This document shows, one piece after another, positions 51,401 through 64,000 of a stretch of DNA of 64,000 bases. The notes beneath the pieces are model-generated. The model was not told the origin of the DNA. It made no database searches and saw only the letters and a program-made list of their open reading frames with translations. Source of the stretch: Camelus ferus (Eukaryota); assembly GCF_009834535.1 (NCBI RefSeq), contig NC_045697.1:48114001-48178000 (forward strand), written 5' to 3'. Numbering within the stretch: the stretch's first letter is position 1; every line of letters starts with the position of its first letter. The translations under genes were made by a program, and so were the position numbers.

Positions 51401-52810
51401 AAATAGGTCATGGCTAGATTTCACATTTCTGAGTTTGAAGGCAATAGTCACAGTTTAGTCAAAACGTTCATTGTCAAAGGCAGTAGTGGAAGTACAATGC
51501 CTTTTGAATGAAGAATTTCCATGCTTATTTTTGATACCCCGTATTTCCTGGTTATAAGTGGACCCAAAGCACAGACATCAAAATAAGACAAACAAAAAGT
51601 GGCTGCTTCCAAACGCCTCAAAATTCTGAAGCAGCCCAAGGGGAGATCTGCTGATGAACGCCGAGCCCCGTGGGGGTGCCCTGAAAAGGATGCCCTGCCT
51701 GTACTCTGAAGTGCTGTGGGGGTGTGGTTCATTCAGGGTGGATCCAGGAAGAAGAAATCACAGTTCTAAGCAGGGACGGGCAAAAGATCTACAGGCCTCA
51801 TTTCAAATACTCAATGCAACAATTCAACATTTGGTGAGCCTCTTCTCTAGGCCAGGTACAGGATGAAGCACTGGCAATAATGAATATTTACCAATTATTT
51901 AACAATTAACTGAATATTTACCACCGTGCCTGGCACGGTACTAGGGGCTTTCCCTGCAATGTGTAAAGTCTCATGTGATGTTCCGTGGAGGCTGCTCTGA
52001 TAAAGCCATCCACATAGCTCTCTGGGAGTACAGAAAAGGGAGGATCACGGAAGGAAGGGGTCATGCCATTTCAACAAAAGAAAATATCTAAGATATTGCA
52101 GTCACTACTATCCCCTCAGCCTAACTTATAATCAGAGTTATGGGATCAAAGCTGATAGAACCTAAAGCTAAAAGACAGTTCCACAAAATGGACATTCCAA
52201 CCAAGGGCTGTTGTGGGTACTTATCTGCTTGCTCTTTAACTTCTGGGGAACAAAGTGTCTGCTTCTGCTAGCAACTGGAATTTGGCAGGTAAGAGTCTTG
52301 GCTCTGTCCCTTTCTAATGGTGTGCCTCAGGGCAGTTAGTTAACCTCCCTAAGCTTCCGATTCTGCATCTTTAAAGGATTGATAACAGTAGACATACCTT
52401 AATAAGGCTGTTGAAGGAATAAAACGTGTGAATGGGCATAAAGCATGTGCATTAGCTCCAGACCCCTGCAAATAAGTACTTAACAAGTATTGCTGATTCT
52501 CATTATTAGCTTGAGAATGAATTGCTAGCACCACTCAAAGTAAATCACTTTGAGGAATCATATATATTTATTATGACTTACATTATTTCTTTTTTTGGAC
52601 ATCCATTCCCAGGGGGTGAGATTTGAAGCTTTTGGATGAAGCGGATAGGGTAGGATTTAATGGTCTCTCGCATGCATCTACACTTTAAGTCTGTGTTAAG
52701 GGTCTCCAAAACACCTATAAACACAGAATTGGTTATTTTAATCTCTTTGGAATATAATTCACAACTAGAACTTAATCAGCAGTCTTTCATACTGTGTATT
52801 TAAAGATTTC

Positions 52811-53007
52811 TAACTACCACATATAAAATAGATAAGCAACAAGGTCCTACTGTGTAGCACAGGGAACTATATTCAATATCTTGTAATAGCCTATAATGGA
52901 AAAGAATATGAAAAGGAATATATATTTGTATAACTGAATCACTATGCTGTACACCAGAAATTAACACAACATTGAAAAACAGCTCTACTTCAGTTTTTTT
53001 AAAAAAT
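52811..53007 (+). mobile_element. L1 3' UTR fragment with polyA and candidate TSD
   Basis: 'aacaaggtcctactgtgtagcacagggaactatattcaatatc...tacaccagaaattaacacaacattg'; flanks taaagatttc / taaaaatttc. Confidence 0.85.
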
Positions 53008-55734
53008 TAAAAATTTCAAGTCGATGCTTCCACCCTATGCCTTTAGTTTCTGTATTTCTGCTTGTCTTGGCTTATTTTCAAATATTTTCTACCAAAACCT
53101 TAAAGATAGAACTAGCTTTTTAAAAACACAACACTTACTGAAATTTGTGATAGCGTTATGTTGGTACTCAGGTGGTGGTCCTTATGATAATATTTGAAAA
53201 TTGCCACTGTGAGTTCTTACAACTGTTATTCTTAATGCAGTTATAAAATTGACTGATCTTCATTCCCCACACATAAAACAGAGGACAGGAACTCATTACT
53301 GAGTCCCCGGAGCATGAACCAGCGGTAGCAGAGTTGTCTCTCTCATCACACCCTCGCCCCACCAACCCTCCCTGTCTCTCCAAGGAAATGCCACGAAAGA
53401 TATTTATTGTTTTTGTTTAATATGTTGGTCCTCCATTTCAGTTGCAAATCAATACCAAACAAAAGCTAATAATAAAAATTCAACTCTTTGTATTCAGCAA
53501 TAAAAGCTAATAGCACTGGATATTTTTACAGGTAACCCACCTCATGCATATTAACCAATTCTACCTTCTTTAACCCCAGTGCCTACCACTGTGTGTGACG
53601 TGTATTTGCAAATAAAAAGGACCCCACTCTTAGGGCATTTACAATTTAGTGGGGGAAACAAATGAACAAAACCTAAAATACCACACAATGCTGTATTTCA
53701 CCTGCAGTTCAGGCTGCCGGAATGAGAACAGGGGACTTTGACAAGAGCAATGGAAAAGCTTCAGGGAGGAAGAGAGAGATGAGGGTCTTGAAGAATGAAA
53801 GTAACATATGAAGCAAAATACAAATTGGAAAAAATCCTGCATTTTAAGAACCAAAATTAGTCATCTATACCTGAACAGAGTGTATCATCCCACACATACA
53901 TCAGATTCCTTCAGCTGTATAAACATTTACCACACCAACTGGATATTTACCTCTTTACGCAAAGAAGACCTCCCCATTTTGACTTGGAAATTTGCTTCTC
54001 TGCAGAAAATGTGTACTTAATATCCCTATTACAATGGTTCACATCAGAGCTAACTGTATAAAATTGCATCAAACGTTCCCTTTGGGAGACCGACAGGTTG
54101 AGGACAATAGTTTTTAAACCCTATAAAGGGTTTGGTCAGAAGGGGTATCAGTAAAAGGCACAATGAAGAAGAGAAACCTGGAAAGAATGAGTTATAGGCA
54201 GACCTGAATCTGAAAAAGGCCAGAAATAGGCAAACCAAGGGTAAGTCACATGGACGTTGGACCTCCAGTATCTCTTCCTTCTCTGGGCCACAATCTCAAC
54301 AATATAAATGTTTCCAGCCCCTAAGGTTAAATCCCTAAGCACCTTACTTTTAGAAATCTAGGAGCAATTGAACAGCTTTTCCTCCTTCATTCTTACTTCC
54401 CCACATTTTCTAATTAAAAAAAAAAAAATGAAATGGCTGAAGACCATTCCCATTTAAGCACAGTGACAGCAGAAGTGAAAGTTCTCACCATGGACTGGAG
54501 AGAGGCTGCAGACCAGCAGCAGGAGAAGCAGAAATCCCAGGGTGAACCTCATTCTGCCTCAAGGTGGAGTTCAGACTTCAGCTCTGAGTCTCAACTGTGG
54601 GTTCTCAGCACGGACACTCCTATTTATTTGTACCAGTAAGGCCCTCCCCCTGCCTTTGTCTCCAGTAGGTCAGCTGCATCATCAGTTTTAAAAGCCCTCA
54701 AAATTGCTGAGCTTGCTTTTTTTTGAACTCTTCTTGCAAATTTTATGAATTGGCTTCGGAGCACTATTAGTGTAATAAAGTATTTCTTGAAAACGTAGGC
54801 GATACATGGCAGGAGTGCTGTAGGAATTTGGGGGTGCTCTGGGATCGAATCAGTGGTTGTGGCTTTGATTGCTTCTCTAAGTGAAGGGTCAGTGGACTCT
54901 CTTAGTGGTATTTGAATATATCCTCCAGGAAATCAGGGACTCTGTCAGGCACATCGTTGTGTTCCTAGCACCTGCAAGAGAGTCCAGCCTTTGATAGGTG
55001 CTCAGTAAGTAGATTTGTAGATCTAATGAAGGTCCCTATGCTGACTAGGTTACTGTTTCTTTACCAGACTTTCCCACCTCTTATTTGACTGTCTGAAAGA
55101 TATGATTACATATGTAGTCTCACCATCATGGGAATCCTGGAAGGGGGCAAAGGTGTGTCCCTCCACTGGTGTGGCTGTGTCTTGATGAAACGAGGGAGGC
55201 AACAGCTTCACGGAAGAGAATCTTTCTGGCTCCAGTAGGCAAGGTTTTGAGCTTGAGAACCAGGTGTCAGTGGATGGTGTCGTTAGAATTTCATCAGATT
55301 CTGAACCCCATACTGCAGACTGTTTAATAAAGCATATGTGCATTTTGATTTTGATCTGGCTAAGTAGCCCATGGGCACAATCAGCCCACAGCCTTAACTC
55401 ACTTTCTAGGGGCTCTTTGATTAAAAAAAAAACAAGAAAAATATGTGGATAATGGCTGGCCTGACCTAGAGCACCACTGGGCTGCCCTGGGACATGTGTT
55501 CCAAGTGCAGATGTGTGAAACCAGACCCGTGGAGCCACTGAAAAATCAAAGATTTGGTCTTCCTGGTGTGGCTTCCTAAACAATTTGATTTTTGCTACTC
55601 AGTCAGCATTGTGGATGTTGAGCATCTTGGATGCTCCAGTGTGTGTGGGGTGGGGGTTGCATTAATGTCATACGCCCTTCATGGACCAAGCAGTCCTCCA
55701 ATTGGCCTGAATGACTGTAGTGCCTGGGAACTTA

Positions 55735-55912
55735 GTCTTGAGGCAGCCCATTCCACTGCTGGGCAGTTCTGGATGTTAGAAAGTTCTCCCTTCTGTACAG
55801 GTGAAAGCCACTTTCCTACTGGTTCAGTCACTTTGTACTAATTCAGCCCTTATCACCATATGAAAACACTTGCTCTTTCGTGTGGCGGTATTCCAAATAT
55901 TTAAAGACAGGG
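55735..55912. mobile_element. CR1/L3-like LINE remnant
   Basis: 'gaggcagcccattccactgctgggcagttctggatgttagaaagttctccc...ttccaaatatttaaagacag'. Confidence 0.55.
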
Positions 55913-56620
55913 TGTGTGAGCTGGGTCCCCCAGGATGCATATGCTGGGGTGCATGTTGTAGTAAAAGAAGTTTCTCTCTCTCTCTTTCTCCTTCATTTCT
56001 ATGGAGGGAGTTTTTGGTCTTTTCTTTGCTTCTTTCTTTTTTCGTGAGGGAGGGCGGGATGGTAGTATTGCGGGGATGTTTTCGTGTCTTCTGCTGAGGG
56101 AGGGTATTCTTTATGTTGAGGTCTTTATGTGCTTGAGGTCTTCGTTCGAGGTCTCGTCTCTTTTCTCGGTTCTGCTCGTCTTTCTAGTCGCTTCGCTTTA
56201 TTATCTCTTATCTATCTATCTTGTTCAGGGTATTACTGTTCTTCTTTCCTCTCTTTCTTCTCTTTCTTCTTTCTCTCTTTCTTTCTCTCTTGTGATAGAC
56301 CAGCATAGGGAGGCAACAGCAGTGGGCCTGCTGACTGATGGCAGCACTGCTCTGACAGTCCATGACAACTCAGCAGGATCTCCCAAGAAAAGGCTGTGTA
56401 TCAGAGGAGCTCCATGACCAGCAGAAGTCCAGCCCCACCACCCTGCTGTGCTCAGTCCTTGGCCGGGGCCCCTCAGAAGCAGCCTGGTCTCTGTAGAAAG
56501 TTGAAGCCCAGCCTGATGGTGTCAGCACCTGGAGGCTGTCAGCCAGCTGCACTTCTCCCCACTGGCCAGCCCTGTTTCCTTGAGGGAGATCTGTGCAGTG
56601 AACCCCCATGGCTATCACAC
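55913..56620 (-). mobile_element. LTR16-like ERVL solo LTR with an anomalous central stretch
   Basis: Termini 'tgtgtgagctgggtcc' and 'ggaggctgtcagccagctgcac...gagggagatctgtgcagtgaacccccatggctatcaca' resemble the LTR16 reverse complement. Confidence 0.6.
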
Positions 56621-58109
56621 AGAGGCTAAGGGCACAAACTGTGCAGTCTCCTGGTCAATGGCTTTGGACAGGTCACTTACTTTTTCTAGGCCTCAGATTT
56701 ACCAGTTTTTGTGTAGGGATAATTTTAAAGGATTGTTTGGAGAATAAAGGCATCTAGTATATGCAGAGTTCTCATGTGTGCATGGCAGATAGAATGCGTT
56801 CAAAAGCTTTATACCTGCCTGTCCCAAGATAAGACTGGAAGATGGGCAGCTCTGTAACAGCCAGATGATTCTAGAAGTTTCAAGTCAGATTCTCTGTGAT
56901 CTCATTTACAATAGGGATACACATTTCAAAAACTTTGAAGCCAAGAAGAAAAATGTTTTAAATCAATAGATTTAGGGCACAAATGGAAACATTTTATTTT
57001 TTAAATAGTTTTTATAGACATCTTTGTTCGGAAACATAAAAACATATCACTTGGTTTATATCAAACCTGATTTTTATGATCAGATATGTAAAAACCTAGA
57101 GAAAATGAGAAAATTATGGGGAGGATTTTTTTCCATGACTTTGAAATCAAACCAGATTTTCTCTCAGACCCAAGAAAACCTGGGTAGTTTTGAGTAATTC
57201 AGTACTCAAATTGTGGTCCATGGACTAGATCATCTTTACCTGAGAGCTTGTTAAAAATGCAGAATCTTAGGCTCTGCATTCTCATGAGATTCCTAGGTGA
57301 TTTGAATGTACCTTAAAATGTGAGAAACACTGGTCTAGTATAGCACGAGCCATACACATATTCGAACTGTCTTCAGAGAAGTGTTTGTACCAATCGTCTC
57401 ATCGGGGTATGATGCACAAATCTGTTAGCGAAAGTGGACAGGACAAACATACTCACTGACTGCTCAGTGCGCAGCTGTGACAGTAACAAGAAGAGAACTC
57501 TCTCTCGAGATATCAAAGTGAGGTGTCACTAAACTAGAGAGACAGCCTAATTGACCAAAGCATCTACCCATGCAGCTAGTCAACAGGCATTGAACAGAAG
57601 GCCTATGACAGTCTAAAATGATTAAAAGAATCAGAACTTTAATAATTTTACCTTCTTGTAATATAATAGGAGACAAGACAAATGCTGTTGTGACCAAGCT
57701 GAGAATATTTTCTTTCTTGCCACTTAAAAAGCAACTCAACTAGAAAAGAAAAACTTGCTCTATTCTGTTAACAAATGTTTTAACCCACTGACCATCTGAC
57801 ATCTACTTCAAACTTTCAGCACAACAGGAAAGTATTACAACCTAGCAGGTAAGAGCTCAGGTTCTGAAATCAGACCGTCTGGGTTTGCATCCTCGCTCCA
57901 GCACTAACCTGCCTTGCTACCACCCACAAGGCTCCGTTCCTCCATGTCATTGGCACCAATAACAATCATACCTCCTTTGAAAGTCCTGCAGGGAACGTAA
58001 CGGTGACGGCAGAGTGCTGTGCGTAGTGTTTGAGCAAATAAAAAACACTCAGCCAGTTAGATTTTTTAACCTATGTGAAAACACAAAAACTTATTGCTTA
58101 TTATTTTTA

Positions 58110-58255
58110 AAATTTAATTTTATTTTCTTTTATTGTGGTAAGAACACTTAACATGAGATCTACCCTCTTAACCATTTTTAAGTATACGAAACGTCCCTGT
58201 TGTTGGCTCTAGTCCAGTGTGGTACAGCAGGTCTCTAGAGCTTAGTCAGCTTTCT
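58110..58255 (-). mobile_element. L1 3' end fragment
   Basis: 'ttttattgtggtaagaacacttaacatgagatctaccctcttaac...gtacagcaggtctctagagctta'. Confidence 0.8.
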
Positions 58256-58737
58256 TAGGAAGCAACTTTGGCTTAGTTTGTGAGTCAGGCTCCTGACATG
58301 GATTAAAATGTCACGCAGGTTTCTACTGGGCATATATGATGCCTTATTTCTAGGTCCTCTGGCCGAGAATCTGTTCCTCTTTGAGACTGATCACTCACAC
58401 TCGGTTTTTACCCATTTGGAACAAAAATATTGATCTCCTTTCCCCAAGAATCTACCTGTGGAGTTTTATATTAGTTACAAATGTACTGAAGTTTTACAAA
58501 GGGAGTATTTTGCCTTTTGCCATCATTTTCATCTTGACCGAATTGTTTATGACAGCCTGTTGTTTGCTAGACGATGGTTTCAAGACCCGTAGCTGTGGAA
58601 AAGGTACTTTTCAAAGTAATGAAGTTCATATTTCAAACGTTACTCAAGTTCATCTCAAATACAGTGAATCCCAGACAAACCTAAAATGTGTTTTATCTAA
58701 AACTTCTTTCCTGTGTTAGGGTGGTGATTTTCCTGAA

Positions 58738-58756
58738 GACTGCTAGGTGGCGGTAT
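58738..58756 (+). promoter_or_regulatory. Candidate CTCF-binding motif
   Basis: 'gaCTGCTAGGTGGCGGTAt' resembles the CTCF core CC(A/G)(C/G)(C/T)AG(A/G)(G/T)GGC(A/G); motif match only. Confidence 0.45.
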
Positions 58757-59499
58757 TACGTACAAAAACAGCCTGCAGAAAGGAAAAGGCAGGGCCACAG
58801 GTAAAGACCCTGCTGACAAGAGGGCTGGGTTGCAAATTATTTCATCGGTCAAATCATTTTTTTAATTTCATTTATTGCTTTTTTAAAAAAAATTAAATAT
58901 TGTGAGTCTTGAGATTTTTTTCATGAGGCTGAAGTGTTCATCAAAGAGGAAAGAAAAACCCCTAAAAATCTGAAGTAATCCAACAAATTCTGGGCCCAGT
59001 CCAACTTCTTGGCCCTGAGGTTACAAAATCAGATTGTGCATCAATTCTTTGGCCTGCAATTACATTAAGCCTCAGCAACAGATGAGTGTGAAGTTTCCAT
59101 GATTAGAAAGTTTTCTAGCAGTGAGTCTACTGAATACCAATAACAAGGTGATGGTCAAGTTTTCCAGCACAGCACAGTGAGCAGTAACAAAATAGTCACC
59201 TTGTTTCTCCTGCTTGGATTCTATAACGTACATATTGTCTCATCATCTGCTTTATTCTCTTTCACATCTTTTCCCATCTTTATGTTATAACCACGTATGG
59301 AGTGCTGGATGTTATAAATAAAAGCCAGTGGTTTCATTTTCTGCCAAGAGTACCCTGATTTAATTTTGAAAGTTCTGAGCATATCACTCTGCGCTTTTAA
59401 TGGCTGCTGATCCTCAAACCTCAGGCGCTCCCGGGTAATCCTCTTGGCCTCGTACTCTTTTGCCAGCGTCTCCACTTTGTCTATCCGGACATTAAGACC

Positions 59500-60130
59500 C
59501 TCTTCTCACTGTGTACTCTCTCCCAAGGCAAGCATGTCTCTTCCCTACTTCAACTTTAGATGTAAGTCCACTCAGTTGGTATCTATCCAGTACCCTAGTG
59601 GTCGTTGCTTCATAGAGGTATCTTAAATCCCTTCAACCAGTCATATTCAAAACTGAACTTAGTTTCTCTAAAATCTGCTTTACCTCCAGTATTCCTGGTC
59701 TTAGGAAGTGGTCTCATTCACTCAGTTGCTCAGAAACCAGTAAGTCATCTTTAATTCCTTCACCTCCCTTAATCCCCATATTTATTTGGTCTCCAAGAGC
59801 TGCTACTTGTATCTATTAAAGTGTCTTGGTTTTGTCCACTTTTCTCGCTTTCATCCCCACCTCTGATTCCAAGGCACCTTTGCCTTTTGTTAAAACTCCT
59901 GCAATGGCCCATTAACTGCTTTCTTTGTATTCCCTCTCCCATCCATTTCCCACCCCCATCCATTTCCCACCCTGCAGCCAGAGTACTGTTTCCAAAACAC
60001 AAAGTTGCTCATGTCGTTGCTCTGTTTCAAAGGTTTCTCACCGTCCTTATGTGGATCAGCCCTCTGTGGAGCCTGCTGTTGTTTCCAGTTTCATCTCTTG
60101 CCCCACTCCCTTGCTCTCCACCTAACTTTT
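59500..60130 (+). mobile_element. L2 LINE remnant
   Basis: 'tcttctcactgtgtactctctccc', 'caaaactgaact', 'cactcagttgctcag...agtcatctttaattcctt' and 'cctgcagccagagt'. Confidence 0.65.
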
Positions 60131-60166
60131 CAGACAGATTGGAGGACCCTTTGCAATCACTCTGCC

Positions 60167-60183
60167 TTCCACTAGGGGGCTGA
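60167..60183 (+). promoter_or_regulatory. Candidate CTCF-binding motif
   Basis: 'ttCCACTAGGGGGCTga' matches the CTCF core CCACTAGGGGGC; motif match only. Confidence 0.4.
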
Positions 60184-63031
60184 AGTTTACAGGTTGAACA
60201 CCTTGTATAAGGACTTCAATTTTGTATTCCAAGTGAGGGCTTCCTTCCTCGTTGGCAGCAGCTGGATTTTTAAAAAATGCTTTCCCCGCATAGCTCTATT
60301 TCTATGGCTTCATTTATGTTTATTGTCAACAATAGGGGTTGTATCAGGACTAGAAATGGAACGTGGATATTTTTGAAGTTTAGAGTTGGGTAACCCCCTC
60401 CCCGCTCCTAAGTAAACCATATTTACCTTGGAGTCTCAACTTGTTCGTGTATAATGAAGAAAAAATTTCTCCCCAAACCCCCAACTCTACCGAATTGATG
60501 TTCTCTCCTGCTGTGTGAGGCATCTTGCCCTGATTTGATAACATCTTTTGGCCATTTTTTGTTATTCAAATAATCATTTCTTTGTTTACTGGAAAAAAAA
60601 AATCAATACTGCATGATTCAAAGCACTTCTCTTCCCTTCCAGCCAATGCAGATGAAAACTTTGACCAGAGGGTTTGGAGTGTGTGACAGAAGCATATTCT
60701 GGATGTCCTATACCTCCCCTTTCTCTTCCAGGCTTGTGTGACTGTCAGAGAAGAGGGAGGGGGGCGGGAATGCTTATCTTCCATGGCAAGCTGGCAGCCC
60801 CCACCCAGCCCATTACTCATTACTGCTGCCCTGTTGTGGATGCTTCTATCATTGCGGATGCCTGCTGTGTGGCATGGCTGGCTCTCTCAGGGAATCCTTG
60901 AGTAGCCCCCCTAATGTACAGCTCCCTAACGTGGGGGAGCAGACTCTGAACTAACTCCTTCCATAACTCTCCAGCCTCTGCCACAGGGACGTAGTCCACA
61001 GCTACTTGTTGCTTGGCTCCCCTCACCCCATGCCAGCCCTTTTGGAGGTGGAATACTGGCGAGATGGCCAAGGCTGGTTGTCTGCTGTGGTATCCACTCA
61101 GCCCACAGAAGATTAAAGGTTGTGCTGTGCTAGCCAGGGGAGAAGCAGGCTGCCTCACTGGTACCTCCTCTCTTAGCATCATTGGTCTCTGTTTCCCCTC
61201 TCTCCAAGCTCCAACAGCATCAAGTCCTCTGTCCTTTAGTGGCTGGCCACTGTTCAGAAGAGAGAGAAGGAAGAGCTTCTTTTACACACCTGGCAGTCTC
61301 CCAAAGACCTCTTATCTCTCCTGGTCTCCCCTTATATTGAGAGGGTGGGATGGTTCTTTGACTGAGTGCCTCTTGGTAGACCTATGAGCAGGTGGTTGGT
61401 GCTGGTACCTGTAGTGCCCTGGATGTAGAATGTGGCTACACAGCAGATCCTGCAGCTTGTCCACCCCACATCCACTCCTGTACTTCCACTTTATGAACAG
61501 AATTCTATTTACTTTGAATATTCAGCCTCTTCCACACAGCCATGTGCATCCGATGAGCTATTCCAAGACCCTGAGGGGAAATCCTCATTATCTTAAGCCA
61601 GTTATGATGATTCCACTTTTCTATACCTGGGATCTGAGAAAGCCATTTTGGTTTAACTCTTTAAATCAAGGTAGTGTAAGAGGTGATTTCTTCCTGCCTG
61701 TGGATGCTGTCCTCAGGCTGGGTTCTCTCATTGCTGCGGCAGCTCCGGGGGTCACAGCCAGCTCTCACAAAGGCAACACACGGAGTTCCTTGTCAAAAGA
61801 ATGGAGATACTCCTACTATTTGAGATAAAATATTTGTTTACTATTTAAGCCATTTTAGATGCATTTTGGTTACTTAAAAAAATTATCCTAATGGACACAT
61901 GTTCTTAGAGATTTTGCTCATTGGCTTTAGATCTTAGCACCCATCCAGGACACCAGGAAAATACCCCTATATTTCCTGTTACACTGTCTTCTATCTGTCT
62001 CAGTGATATGCTAAGGGTTTTTGATCTATTCATAAAAGGTAGGCAACAATTTTTGGAGTGTGAAAAGGTCAATAGAGGGGTAGCATGTGGTGGTCAATTC
62101 CTCATCCCAATCGAGGCTGAGAGACTGGGACCACTAAGAGAGGACTGGAATGCCAAGTTGGGGAGGCTCTGTGTGATAACGATTCTGGACACAAGCATGC
62201 TTGTTTGGAGCCCAGGGAACATGGTCTTAGGAAGTGGAACAGAGAACTGGGGAGGGGGCCAGTTCCCCTAAATGCTCTGCAGACATTCATAGAACTCCAG
62301 ACTCTGAAGGCTCAGGGTGATGGAACAGCATCCTCACAGAGGGCCCTGGTTGGATAGCAGTGATGGATCTTGACACAGAGGCAAGAGAAAAAATCTCAAC
62401 AGTCCTGTTGCACGTCTCCCAGAAGCCAGTGGGGTGCTCTGTGGGCGTGGGGGGCAGCAGTCCTGCAGACATGCTGGCAGAACTATGGGACAGGGTATCG
62501 ACACACACATGGTTGTGTTTATAGTCAAAGGTGCTGGTGTTCACACTTTTATGCCGTGCTCTTCTATGGGTGGTGAACAAGAGATGCTTATTCAATCTCC
62601 CCCATGACTCAGTTCAATTTAGGGCCCACAAATGAACTCAGTATCATTGCTCTGTTCTTGCCCTCAAATGAGCAAACCGACTCAAGTGTCAGCTCAATGC
62701 CAGGCACTGTGCAGTGCGCACAAAAGGAAAGTGGTCCACACCCTGTGAAAACCAGCCTCAAGTTTAGCACCTTTACTGCATGTACTCAGCTCAGTACATC
62801 CTGACCCAGTTTAAAAGCACAAACTTGGATTACTTTCACTCAGGCTGTCTCAGCGGGTTGAAAGGTTCTAAAACATGTTTTCTTAATTACAAAGCATAAG
62901 CAGTCTTGGTAGAGAACTCAAAAGCAGCCGCTGCCTGTACTGAATTACATGAGCTGAAATTAGGGAGTCACGTCTGTAGACCTTCTATCTGCCTCAGCGA
63001 TATGCAAAAACAGCTTTGTTTTCTTGGCAGA

Positions 63032-63073
<42 letters not shown>

Positions 63074-63074
63074 A
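63032..63074 (+). repeat. (CAA)n microsatellite, about 13 units
   Basis: Read directly from the sequence. Confidence 0.95.
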
Positions 63075-63386
63075 GAAATGTTCCGGTAAAGGTTTTAAAA
63101 CAAACATTCTGGAAAATAGTAAGTTCTGATTTGTGGCATTTGCTTGTTTCCATGATGTAAATACTCCCACCATGGTCAATTTCAAGCTACCCAAGTGAGG
63201 TCATGGAAGAGGAGTGAGGACAGATGAGCACTGTTAGAGCACCTGCCCAAGTGCCTGTCCACGGAGCCTGGCGCTGTCTTTGGCTCTGTGACATTAAAGG
63301 TTTATTCTGTGCCTTGATATTCATCATAGCAGAGGCCTGGGCAGGCAGTGCCACTTTCTACACATGGATGGCCAGAGGGAAGTTTT

Positions 63387-63795
63387 CTATTTTTTCCCCA
63401 GCTTTATTAAGATCTAATTGACATATAACATTGTGTAAGTTTAAGGTATATAAATGTGATGATTTGATACATATTATACATTGCTTTTTTAATTGAAGTA
63501 TAGTCAGATGACAATGTGCCAATTTCTGGTGTATAGCATCATGTTAAAGATACAAATGAACTTATTTACAAAACAGAAACAGACTCAAGATATAGAAAAC
63601 AAACTTATGGTTACTAGGGGGGAAAGAGGATGGGAAGAGATAAATTGGGAGTTCGAGATTTGCAGATACTAACTACTATAAATAAGATAGGTAATTAAGT
63701 TTCTTCTGTATAATACAGGGAAGTACATTCAACATCTTGTAGTAACCTATAATGAAAAAGAATATGAAAAGGAATATATGTATGTATATGAATGA
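63387..63795. mobile_element. Composite of L1 3' fragments (two antisense 3' ends plus one sense 3' UTR piece)
   Basis: 'ctttattaagatctaattgacatataacattgtgtaag' (minus), 'ttttttaattgaagtatagtcag' (minus), then 'gatacaaatgaacttatttacaaaacagaaacagactc...' (plus). Confidence 0.8.
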
Positions 63796-64000
63796 CAGAT
63801 GGAAGTTTTTGAGCTATGCTACTGCCCATAGCACTAATGATGAAGTTGACAAAATGGATCAGTTGATTCAAGTATCAGTGGAATCCCTGACCAGCTCCCC
63901 ATCTCAACATTTTTATTGTTGTCCCTGTTTGTGGCAGAGACAAATTGCCCCCCATCATCTTGTTCTCCAGAGAAGTGGTGCTTACCAGGGTCTCTGCCTG

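Noticed and set aside
51881..51923. 13-bp direct repeat tgaatatttacca, 30 bp apart
   Set aside because: Only two copies; a local duplication in old repeat sequence, not an array.
54238..54246. Near-consensus splice donor AGG|GTAAGT (similar ones near 8247, 9238 and 10160)
   Set aside because: No matching acceptor or coding frame identified; such motifs occur by chance at this scale.
55050..55583. 177-aa minus-strand ORF
   Set aside because: No recognisable domain or exon structure; a length reachable by chance in 64 kb.
56001..56417. 138-aa membrane-protein-like ORF
   Set aside because: Explained by A-poor low-complexity sequence with few stop codons, running into an LTR.
59221..59475. Protein-like 84-aa minus-strand ORF (ETLAKEYEAKRITRERLRFEDQQ...)
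   Set aside because: No family recognised, non-ATG start, no clear splice signals, and it adjoins L2-derived sequence; probably a chance ORF.
62906..63160. PolyQ-containing ORF
   Set aside because: It is the translation of a (CAA)n microsatellite with no other coding evidence.

Overview
Mammalian, repeat-dense, apparently intergenic or intronic DNA. A tRNA-Ala(AGC)-derived SINE resembling Vic-1 suggests a camelid host (inference). No intact protein-coding gene can be supported. Identifiable content: a degenerate intronless alpha-tubulin fragment (~1.38-1.74 kb, minus), several L1 copies including a 4.6-kb 5'-truncated L1 with ORF2 remnants, an ancient ERVL provirus with pol remnants, MaLR/ERV1/ERVL LTRs (many nested, with visible target-site duplications), plus L2, MIR, MER5, CR1 and microsatellites. 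The most striking structure is a 1,255-bp near-perfect inverted repeat (39180-40434 / 42426-43680, 1,991-bp spacer) made of two outward-facing ERV 3' ends. The outer LTR portions are only ~85% identical, and the near-identity stops just short of an old L1 insertion, suggesting recent arm-to-arm homogenisation or an assembly artefact. Repeat family names come from memory of consensus sequences, not from a database search. Most repeat boundaries are approximate.
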